The notes under the pieces: generated by a model
The model's database searches: none
Told to the model about the DNA's origin: nothing
What the model saw: the letters and a program-made list of their open reading frames with translations, nothing else
Position numbers and translations under genes: made by a program
Assembly: GCA_019828565.1 (NCBI GenBank)
Contig: JAHDYR010000062.1
Location: 10,701 to 74,700, forward strand
Length of the DNA: 64,000 bases
Origin: Carpediemonas membranifera BICM
Lineage: Eukaryota; Protista; Fornicata
Direction: 5' to 3'
In this document: positions 1 through 10,274 of the stretch, piece by piece
Layout of the letters: the number at the start of each line of letters is the position of its first letter
Numbering within the stretch: the first letter of the stretch is position 1

Positions 1-781
1 TGACTCCTGTCTTGCACCAAGCTGCCTGCCAGACCGCCGGCGCCTCCGGGGCCTGCAACCTGAGGATGTCCCTGCCTTCCTCCATGAATCTGGTGATCTG
101 CCATGCTCTGCAATCTCTGATGTCGATGAGGACCTTGTAGGTGCCATCGTCCTGCTCCATAGCGATCCTGGTGACCAGGCCCTGGTTAGTGGGGTCCCAC
201 ACCTCCTCTCCTGCGATGGCCTCGACGGCTTTCTCATCTCCATACCCTGATGTGAGCGTGAATGTGCCCGTCTCTCTGCCCTCAATGCTGTCTCTCTCAC
301 TGTCCCACTCGATGTTGCTCTGTTCTCTCGGTTGGAGGATGGCCTCTTCGATCTTGTGGTCGGAAGGCCACTTGCTCATGTCCCTGTGCCCTGGTTGGAT
401 GGTGACGTTCTCCTTGGCCTCTGCTAGGCGCCGTTCTTCGTCCTCTCTCGGGTCTAAGGCCTCTGTCATTGCGTAGAAGATGTCTCGAAGCCCTAGGATT
501 CCGTTGGGGTTACGGAGGATCTCGTCTCTGTTGTTGGTGATCCCTGCGGCACGTATCACTCTCCTCGCATTCAGTATCACCTCTTTTCGTGCTCTGGAGC
601 TAGCTCCGAACGATCTCCCTGAAAAATCTTCTGCGCGACGCAGTAGTAGCGTTCTGGTGCCCTTCTCTTCCATCAAGTAGTCCGTTAGTAGCTCTCTAAT
701 CGTGTCCCACTCTTTTTGAGCGGATTCCCTGATCTTATCTGGTATCTCCACTCTCATCTGGTTGTTCTCTTTTCCCTGCAT
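1..781 (-). CDS. Hypothetical protein, 3' end beyond the window (~260 aa visible; MQGKENNQMRVEIPDK...), probably TE-derived
   Basis: Hand translation of the minus strand from ATG at 781 gives an open frame to position 1. It is absent from the ORF track because there is no stop. No recognisable domain. Confidence 0.5.
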   Translation of the reverse strand, partial: MQGKENNQMRVEIPDKIRESAQKEWDTIRELLTDYLMEEKGTRTLLLRRAEDFSGRSFGASSRARKEVILNARRVIRAAGITNNRDEILRNPNGILGLRDIFYAMTEALDPREDEERRLAEAKENVTIQPGHRDMSKWPSDHKIEEAILQPREQSNIEWDSERDSIEGRETGTFTLTSGYGDEKAVEAIAGEEVWDPTNQGLVTRIAMEQDDGTYKVLIDIRDCRAWQITRFMEEGRDILRLQAPEAPAVWQAAWCKTGV

Positions 782-3150
782 GAAAAAAGCTTGGCAAATG
801 CATCGACGCGAAAATCGGTCAGCATGGCCCTGCGCAGGTACTGTCCCCGCACGGACCTCCCTGTTTTCTCATTTTTCCCTGATCGTTTGTTTTGGGGCTC
901 GCGGCGAAATGGCGCGGTTCTAAAAATGCATCGCCATTTTCATGCCACACCGTCCCTGGATTTTGGCCGTTGTTACGCCATTCGTAGTGTGTTCGCGGCC
1001 TCTATCTGGGCCCCTGCTGTTGTTCGCCGGTGATCCTTCCTTCCCTCTGAGCTGGCGAAAATTCCATTCCATCATACTGTCAATTCCTTGACTTCAAGTC
1101 AAGTTTTTGTGACTTAAAGTCAAGGCCAAAACTTGACTTTAAGTCAAGACGTTTGAATTAATCAGAGGAACCAGGCTCTGTCAGTAAATAAGAATGATAT
1201 GGCTGGGTAGCAGTACTAGTTCTCTATTCACTGCATTGATGGCTAACTGTGGGCTAAGCTGTGACCTGAGTATGGGTGACTTCTTCTTGACGACGAGAGC
1301 CATTTTTTTCAAGTTCGACCACTTCGGCTCTGTCCCCTTCGCAGTTTTTTGCAGGATCTGATCTACACCAGTAGTGCTTGTGATCCAACAAAAATCTGCG
1401 AAGGGGACAGAACAGATCTTGAGATTTTTAGCAAAAGACTCGGGCCGAGTCGAGAGGCGTTATTGATGAGCGCACAGCTCAGGGAATTTTTCTACGCTGC
1501 AACTAAAAACCAAGAGGCCGAGTAAACACAAGTATTACTACACGATGATGCCCAGACCGTCGTGTAAGGAGAACATTCTTGGGCGGTCAACGCGAAGAAA
1601 AAGTTAAAGTTATTGGAATTAAAAAGACGGCAATGTACTCGCCGTTGGCTGAAACCTCAGGCATAATGGTTTCAGGTGTGAACTCTTCCAATTGGGGGAG
1701 TTATTGTTATTGTTCAGTTTAAGGTCACGCCGCCTGCATGAAAAAAAATGGTAATGACGGAAGCAATGTCGGAGATATCCAGAAATGACTGTGATAGAGC
1801 TCATAGCAAGACAGCATTCGAGATATTTGCCCATCTGAGCATGCTTTCGCTCATTCTAGATGGCATAAGCCTCTTTTCCCACAACTAATCAATATCAAGT
1901 CGGCTTTTACTCAGTATCGCTCGCTCAGACATCTGAAACGTCCCCATTGGCAATATAACCCTGCTGGAACAGTGAAGTGGCGAGCATAGAGTTCTATTGA
2001 TGACGAAAGGTTGCGACCGGCAAGCGCCTGGTTCATACGGCCATTTGGGGCGGCGCGAGAGCCAATCTCGTTAATGAAAGGTAGGATGATGCGCGTATGA
2101 GTGTTTGTAGGGTCACTAACGACCTTAATGACGAGTTAGGACGTGTGGCAGGGCCGTGCGCTGCCGGAATACACAGGGCAGATTCGCCCCGTTGATTCCA
2201 GAAGCTCGCCGCTCTTCCACGCACGATAGTCAATACAGGGATAGATACACATCTGGACCTCTTTTATACAGCCAACCAGGCTCCGCATAAACTGCGCATT
2301 TCAGATGACGCCCGATGAAGAAAAACACACGAGCGACGCCGGTATCGCCGGCGAAACGTATAGCATTAACGATTGAAGGGATAGAATTGGAGCTAGACGT
2401 TGTTTATGGGATTCAACGAGCGCACTTTGATTGATTCTCGCATTGATGGTGAATTAGAGCAGATGAAGCGCTGCACGGCAAGGATCAAGACATTTTGTTC
2501 ATACTACATAGCAAATTACAACGAGTTTTCGATGTGAATAGATCAGTAAATAGAGAGAAAACCTGTAGCAGCCGATAAACACTGTCAGTCAACAGCCCAA
2601 CCGAAGACACGCCAAAACACAAGCACAAGTCAGTTTTACTCAGTTTGATTCCCGCAATTGCAGAGTAGTTCTCATGGCAGTCTTTGCAGAGATTGCAGAG
2701 ATGATGGGGTGGAGACACTCGATATTTGCATTTGTAGATGAGTTGGAGATAAATGTAGTCACTGACGCTAATCACCTTTTTGCAATGACACGGATGACGG
2801 AGTTCGTCATTCAATCTCGTTGCGAGCCATAAAGTGCACCAATAGTGGGAACCGACTTCCCACTATTTTCTCAGTGCCAATGAGCTATAGAGCTTTATTG
2901 AGGATATAAGCTTGCATAATAACACATCAATAGCGTCTGACGGCCGCTATGGCCCATGATACTCAATAACAACATCAAACGAGTCAAAGGAACCACGAAA
3001 CCACACAAGGAACGAGCTAGAAGAAGCGATAGGAACTTTAATTGCATAAACAACATCAATACTGCCACCAGCTGTCCAGTCAGCGCCCCAAAGCCAACAG
3101 CACCACGGCAGCACCACGACGCCACCGCAATTCATTCATTTACTACTGAC

Positions 3151-4909
3151 TCATTCCACAAAATAACAGTCATCCTCTGTGTTCTGTTGGGCAGACAGGT
3201 GCGATTCTGCCTTCCTCAGCTCAACAGGTGTTGCATGGTACACTTCCGCGTGTGCTGTGACGTCAGTTGGCGTGCCGGAGATATAAATGTAGTCATTGAC
3301 GCCAATCACGTTTGCAATGACACGGATGACGGACATGCTCGCATTAGTGTTTGTCAGGGTGATGTAACCCTTGTCTCTACCCTGGAAGAAGACGATTGTG
3401 CCGTCCTGGATGGATGCAATGGGCATGTTGTGAATCTGTGACCAGACCTGAATTGCGGTGTCCCGGCAGTATGGAAGACTGTCGTTCTTGCCACCCTTGC
3501 CTGTTGAACTGGCATGGCTGTAAAAGAGCTGATAGTCTGCCGGAAGTAGGTCGCGCTTCTGCATAATCCCTGCAGCAGCTTGAAGCTGCTTACGCCAATC
3601 TGTTGTCGGTACGTCACGCTCGTTAGACACATGCCTGAGGCAGTGGCCAACACAGTCACCATCGCCTGGGGGGTTGTACGGCTTGAACTTCGACCGGAGG
3701 TGACGTGTGAACTCGTCCAGGCAGTCCTCTCTCTCCTCGGTCTGGACATCCTTGTCATCTGTCGGGGTACGGTCGTCACCTTCGTTCATCTCAGTTCCAG
3801 TCTCGCAGGTCACAGGTCTGGCCTTCTCGGGCTCAGTCTGGATACAGGCGTCGCATTTGGTCACGTCCTCCTCATCTGACTCACCCTTCTTCTCAACAGT
3901 CACCTCCTCCTCTATCTCCTCCTCCTCTGACTCCTCCTCCGAGTCCTCTGGCCTGGCCTTCTCGGGCGTGATGATGAGGGCCTTGCGCTTCACAGACATG
4001 GAGGCCTCGGGCTCGTCCGTATCGCGTCGGGGACAGGAAGTCCTGGAGACTGTGCCAGACTGTGGCGGGATGGGGCTGCATGGGAGTGATGCATCTATGG
4101 ACTTGTCAGCGTCATAGGCTGCCTCTCGCTCAGCCTGCTGCTGCAGAAGGCGTCGATGCAGCGTGATGACTTCCTCACTCTTTGCCGTCAAGCTCTTCCT
4201 CAACTGCTTGACTCTCTTCTTGTATCCTCGAACAATTTTGTGATAGTAATCGATGATAGCGCCAGTACCTGGGGGAGCAGGGGCGTACCTTCTCCCGCGG
4301 GGGTCTCCAACCATTCCAGGGCGATGATGTACTCTTCGAAGTACGAGCGGCAGGAGTGCTTCATGTAAGCAAGGTCTGCCTCCTTGCTGCGCACCCTGGC
4401 AACCATTGCTGTGACATGGTCGCGCACAAGCGCGTTGGTGGATGTCGCGTTGCGCCACGCCCGAACCTTGACACTCAGCGCCTCTTTTTCGATACGCGCG
4501 CCCTCATTCTCCTTGGCATACTCAGCCCTCTTGGAGTTCTTGAAGGCTGTGACAGCGGCCGACTCAAACGCCTTCATCTCCTTCTCCGTGAAGGTTGCCT
4601 CGATGATCTCGTTCGAGGTCTTATCCTGCACCTGCTGAGACAGCAATGCCTCGAGTTCTGCCTTCTTCTCGCCCTGAATCTCGAAATATGAGCACAGGTG
4701 GTTGAAGTTGATCCCTATATAAACATTTGCACCAATTACGTACCGTTCTTGACGACTATATCGAAGATATCGTTCTCGTCGAGCAATTTGTCCCGAAGAA
4801 CGGCACTCTTCGCCTTGTTTGTCTTCTTCTCCTTGAATTCGGTGATAACGGCCTCAATCACATCATCTGAGGTGCTCTCGATCCACTCGTGAAGGAATTC
4901 GAACGTCAT
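3151..4909 (-). CDS. OTU-like cysteine protease domain protein (coiled-coil, acidic linker, C-terminal OTU); one intron and one frameshift
   Basis: Motif PGDGDCVGHC plus distal H (AHAEVY) matches OTU catalytic boxes. Exon 1 (MTFEFLHEWIES, ATG 4909) joins the ORF 4200-4646 frame through a 29-nt GT-AG intron at 4715-4743. Frameshift near G runs at ~4270-4300. Confidence 0.6.
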
Positions 4910-5869
4910 TCTTCTCTTCGTTATATCCCAATAATGGACATATAACAGAGATGAGAAAATTCCAGTAACCGTAGGCAACAGGGTGTCGGAAACGTTATAC
5001 CATACAAACGGGGGATATAATCGCTCCGAAAACACCCATTATGTGGACTGAATGGCGATATAACGTATGGGGAGTGATCCGACGAGCTTTCGGGCGGTGC
5101 AGGCTAAGACACACCAAGTCTGTGGTGCTCTAACGTACATCGGGACGCACTGTGGAGGCCCCTAGAGTACTCGGTCATGGCATGTCAGACCAAGGGTCCC
5201 TCAAATCTGGCCCCATTCAGGATGCACCCCCTAAATGTTCCGTTGCAAGCGTCTGACGGGCGTTCTCTGGATACCGACCAAGATGGAGGTCACGTGGATC
5301 AACGGACGATAATTGCGGTATTCTGGCCATGCATGGTACTCTCAAATCATCTATACTAATCAGTGCTCCATTTATAGTTCATATCGTATGGTCCTGGTGG
5401 ACTTATAGTTGTTGATGTTGTTTAGGGATAATTGTAGCTTTAATGATGCTCTGCGCCCGCTTACTGATGTTTCTTAGTGATATTCATGTGTCTGCATCTT
5501 CAAATCCGCCAGTATTCTTCCTATTCTTCAGTTCGTCATTTCGGTCTCGTTGCGAGCATAAAGTGCGAAATAGTGGCCAATTGGCCACTACGATATCGGC
5601 AATTAAGACAGTAACAGGAGCGTTTGGTGCGCAGATCAAGACTTTTTAACAATATCAACAAACGGTTCACTCACTTTCTCGTTTAACGTAGTGAATCATC
5701 AGTTTCAGCTGTGGCGTTAGTTGTTAGCCGTGCGAAGCACTGATGAGGCCTTATTACCATCAATAGGAGTAATAAACACCATTTAACTTCAATATAGAGA
5801 GCGAGCGGCCAAGAAACAAGCGCCGGGAGGATAACGGCGGTGGAGAGCAGCATGAGAGCGCCGGGGTAT

Positions 5870-7552
5870 GGCGCACGGGAGGGAGAGCGGCAGGAGAGCG
5901 CCGGGGGATGGCGCACGGGAGGGAGAGCGGCAGGAAGAGAGCCCCAGGGGAAGAGAGCCGGGGGGAAGAGCCCCAGGAGAGCCCCCGGGGGAAGAGCGCC
6001 AGGGGGAAGAGCCCCAGGAGAGCCACCGGGGAAGAGAGCCGGGGGGAAGAGCCCCAGGAGAGCCCCCGGGGGAAGAGCGCCAGGGGAAAACAGAGAGCTC
6101 GGGAAGAGCCCCAGGAGAGCCCCAGGGAAGAGAGCTGGGGGAAGAGCCCCAGGAGAGCCCCAGGGAAGAGAGCCGGGGGGAAGAGCCCCAGGAGAGCCCC
6201 AGGGGAAGAGAGCCGGGGGAAGAGAGCCCCAGGAGAGCCCCAGGGGAAGAGAGCCGGGGGGAAGAGCCCCAGGAGAGCCCCAGGGAAGAGAGCCGGGGAA
6301 GAGAGCCGGGGGGAAGAGCCCCAGGAGAGCCCCAGGGGAAGAGAGCCGGGGGGAAGAGCCCCAGGAGAGCCCCCAGGGAAGAGAGCCGGGGGGAAGAGCC
6401 CCAGGAGAGCCCCAGGGGAAGAGAGCCGGGGGGAAGAGCCCCAGGAGAGCCCCAGGGGAAGAGAGCCGGGGGGAAGAGCCCCAGGAGAGCCCCAGGGGAA
6501 GAGAGCCGGGGGAAGAGAGCCGGGGGGAAGAGCCCCAGGAGAGCCCCAGGGGAAGAGAGCCGGGGGGAAGAGCCCCAGGAGAGCCCCAGGGGAAGAGAGC
6601 CGGGGAAGAGAGCCGGGGGAAGAGCCCCAGGAGAGCCCCAGGGAAGAGAGCTGGGGGAAGAGCCCCAGGAGAGCCCCAGGGGAAGAGAGCCGGGGGGAAG
6701 AGCCCCAGGAGAGCCCCAGGGGAAGAGAGCCGGGGGAAGAGAGCCGGGGGGAAGAGCCCCAGGAGAGCCCCAGGGGAAGAGAGCCGGGGGGAAGAGCCCC
6801 AGGAGAGCCCCCGGGGGAAGAGAGCCGGGGGAAGAGAGCCCCAGGAGAGCCCCCGGGGGAAGAGCGCCAGGGGGAAGAGAGCCCCAGGGGAAGAGAGCCG
6901 GGGGGAAGAGCCCCAGGAGAGCCCCAGGGGAAGAGAGCCGGGGGGAAGAGCCCCAGGAGAGCCCCAGGGGAAGAGAGCCGGGGGGAAGAGCCCCAGGAGA
7001 GCCCCCGGGGGAAGAGCGCCAGGGGGAAGAGAGCCGGGGGGAAGAGCCCCAGGAGAGCCCCAGGGGAAGAGAGCTGGGGAAGAGCCCCAGGAGAGCCCCA
7101 GGGGAAGAGAGCCGGGGGAAGAGAGCCCCAGGAGAGCCCCAGGGGAAGAGAGCCGGGGGAAGAGAGCCGGGGGAAGAGAGCCCCAGGAGAGCCCCCGGGG
7201 GAAGAGCGCCAGGGGGAAGAGAGCCCCAGGGGAAGAGAGCCGGGGGGAAGAGCCCCAGGAGAGCCCCAGGGGAAGAGAGCCGGGGGGAAGAGCCCCAGGA
7301 GAGCCCCAGGGGAAGAGAGCCGGGGGGAAGAGCCCCAGGAGAGCCCCCGGGGGAAGAGCGCCAGGGGGAAGAGAGCCCCAGGGGAAGAGAGCCGGGGGGA
7401 AGAGCCCCAGGAGAGCCCCCGGGGGAAGAGCGCCAGGGGGAAGAGAGCCGGGGGGAAGAGCCCCAGGAGAGCCCCCAGGAGAGCCCCAGGGGAAGAGAGC
7501 CGGGGGGAAGAGCCCCAGGAGAGCCACCGGGGGGAGAGCACGGGGGAGAGAG
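5870..7552 (+). repeat. Purine-rich composite minisatellite (GGGGAAGAGAGCC / GGAAGAGCCCCAGGAGAGCCCCA units)
   Basis: Directly visible tandem units with almost no T on the + strand. The long ORFs in all six frames are artefacts of the repeat. Confidence 0.95.
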
Positions 7553-7959
7553 CATATTAGCCCTGAAAAACGCCAGCACCAGCGCAAGTAAGCTATTCTA
7601 TTACAAAATGCTTCACTTGCGCTGGTACTACAGCGTTTTCGGGGCCCTTTGCCCATCTTTCGTTGTCTGATTTTTTTTCGTGCAGAATTCAAACGAGTGC
7701 CGCCTGGAAGAGGCTGAGCAGCGGAGCTAGGCACCTGCGGCACCACTCGTCTGGCCCAGCTCCCGGGTATGCTCCAGAAAATTCTGGTGCAGATTTGGGA
7801 GCAGAAATGTCGACGAACCCCGAAAACGCCATAACCGGCACCAGTGAGCGCATCTTCGTTGATGAAGCTCATTGGTGTTGGCATTATGGCGTTTTCGGGG
7901 TTCGATACTGTACTCGTGGCCTGAGGCGCCCGCACAGCGCCACCACGCCAGCAGCAGCG

Positions 7960-8215
7960 CCCTCACATGCCTGATGCCCTCATCCTGGCGCGCCCTCATC
8001 CTGGCGCACTCATCCCTGGCGCCTCATCCCTGGCGCCCTCATCCCTGGCGCCTCATCCCTGGCGCCCTAATCCCTGGCGCCTCATCCCTGGCGCCCTCAT
8101 CCCTGGCGCTCATCCCTGGCGCCTCATCCATGGCGCTCCCTCATCCATGGCGCCTCATCCCTGGCGCCTCATCCTGGCGCCTCATCCCTGGCGCCTCATT
8201 TCTGGCGCCCTCATC
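7960..8215 (+). repeat. 14-bp minisatellite (CCTCATCCCTGGCG)n
   Basis: Visible tandem units; the same unit occurs at 51070-51155 and 58177-58775. Confidence 0.95.
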
Positions 8216-10274
8216 GCAGCGCCCACACAGCACCCCTACGCCAGCGCCCTCTGCGCCACGACGTTACCGCCCTCAGCGCCACACCCACACCGCAACCGCC
8301 AGCCCCACGCCAGCCCCGCATCACCGGCGCCCTCAACAGCAAGTTCCATCATCCACATCACTCCTTAACAACATCAACGACTCGCCTACCACCGACAGCG
8401 ATGGCGAAGTCTGCGTTGATGTCGCCAGTGCCAACCCAGCTGGCATACGCGTCGCAATGAATGTAAATGTTTACGTGTTCTCTTCGTCCCTTCTATCGTC
8501 CAGGATCTGCTTTCAGACGTCCATGAGCGATCATCCCTTATCCTGCGGAGCAGCCCAACATCAGCTCCAGCGGTTCAGAGCATGCGTACAATGCTTCCGG
8601 GGCATGCAGAGTGATCATGTAGGAGCTTTATCACGATTCCAGGCTAGTTAGTGAGGGAATTCGTCTGCAGTTCCCGGCAAATCTCATTATCTCCATTATT
8701 GCTGCAGTATTCAAAGTAAACGCGAACAAAACGATCTATCTCCATTCATTGGCGCCTCGAGGAGCGCTTCAGTCCCTCTAGAGCGTGCTTCAGCAGCATT
8801 TCGATCGAGATTAAAAATCACCCGAATTCTAGCTCTGTTCTGTGGCCGCTGCAGGCACCGCTGGGCGCAATAGAGCTCGGAGCGGCGTTGTCTGCCAAAA
8901 AGAGCATATTGCTCCCGGTGAAAATTGAACCCACAATCTGGAGGCTGTGTACAAAGTCTCTTCCCTCTATGCCACGACTTATGGGAAATCCGCCCTTATT
9001 AGGCTTCCTACAGGGAATATAGGCCATTTTGGAGGTATGAGCGACCGGGAGGGGGGAATGGGGGACATTTATGGTATGGCTGGACTCTACTCGGGCAGAC
9101 TATTATAATAAGGCTCAGATCAGACCTCTACGACAGCTATACGAGGAGAAACGAGCCAAGCAGCGCGCTAGCGGCCCATGGCCGCAGCAGCGCCCAGCAA
9201 AGCTCAGCTATAGGGTCACCTGAGGCCCCAAATGGCGTGCTGATCAGGTCGACTCCCATCTATTGACTTGGTAATTGCAGAGGGCGTCTGAACGCGATGT
9301 CCTAATAACCGACATGGTCGGAGCGGTTCGGCGATGACTCCGTTGTATTCCACACCTTCTTCTGATGCCGAAACATGCAGTCCTTTAGAGTCAACGCGCG
9401 TCCTGTCCGTCAGGCGAAGGGCATTCAGCAGAGGCATTGCTGCGGTCTGCAGGCTGCCCTAGCGCTTCAGGATGGCCAACTGCATGATCTGGACCCATGT
9501 CTATCAAATCCATTTTGATCACATCAAACGTGTGTCAAATCCGGCAAATCGATTTTGCGATAAGGGGCAGAGGGGAGGAAGCGACCCATAAGGCGTACTT
9601 ATGGACCATTTCCTCCCCCCTGCCCGTTTTTTGAGTCTCAACTCTCAATTCCAATTTGTCCCTATGTTACTTTTTTCTAGCAGGATTTAAAGTTTGATAC
9701 TGCGCATGCGTATTGCTTAGGTATAGCCAAGTACTACCATACCACTTTGAAGATCCAGCTCCGGCTCATCGTCGAGTTCATTTTTTCTTGCAAAATGACT
9801 TAAAGTCAAGTTTTGTCCTTGACTTTAAGTCACAAAAACTTGACTTGAAGTCAAGGAATTGACAGTATGATCGATGCTCCGACATCCTTCCCTGCGCTCT
9901 CCGTCTCTTTCCCTGTAAATCTAAGCTCCATATTGTTCGTTCTCTAGTCCCTGTGGCTATGGAGCTCCCACTCATAACCGGCGGTGCACCCTGAATGTAA
10001 CCTTCTGGTTCGTTGGACAGGGGCCATAGTCGCTCCTTTTGAGCTCGATGGGGCACTGTTCTATCTATTCTAGTACAGGCCTGTTGGTCTTCATCCACCC
10101 CTGTTGTAAGTGAGAACACTTAGCTGAAAACATTGGTGGACTGAGGTGGCGGGCAGAGATGGTGATGGGGAGTGTAGTCAATATTAATATCTACCAATAT
10201 CCCCGGGAGGGTCCAAACCTCTTTTTACTTGTAAAACCTATCTCTTCCAAGACTACAGTACTAGTACTTTCCCG

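Larger units (their letters stand above)
1073..9869. mobile_element. ~8.8 kb DNA transposon-like element with ~74 bp terminal inverted repeats; no transposase visible
   Basis: 1073-1146 (CATACTGTCAATTCCTTGACTTCAAGTCAAG...) is the reverse complement of 9796-9869 with 1 mismatch. Both ends are flanked by AT (1071-72, 9870-71), a possible 2-bp TSD. Each TIR contains three TGACTTNAAGTCA palindromes. Confidence 0.8.

Noticed and set aside
5683-7935. 550-750 aa ORFs in all six frames
   Set aside because: Low-complexity translations of a stop-free minisatellite; the same applies to 56848-58912.
9872-10119. ORF rejoined across the TIR element with 974-1070
   Set aside because: The joined frame is short and could be chance; weak support only for the AT TSD.
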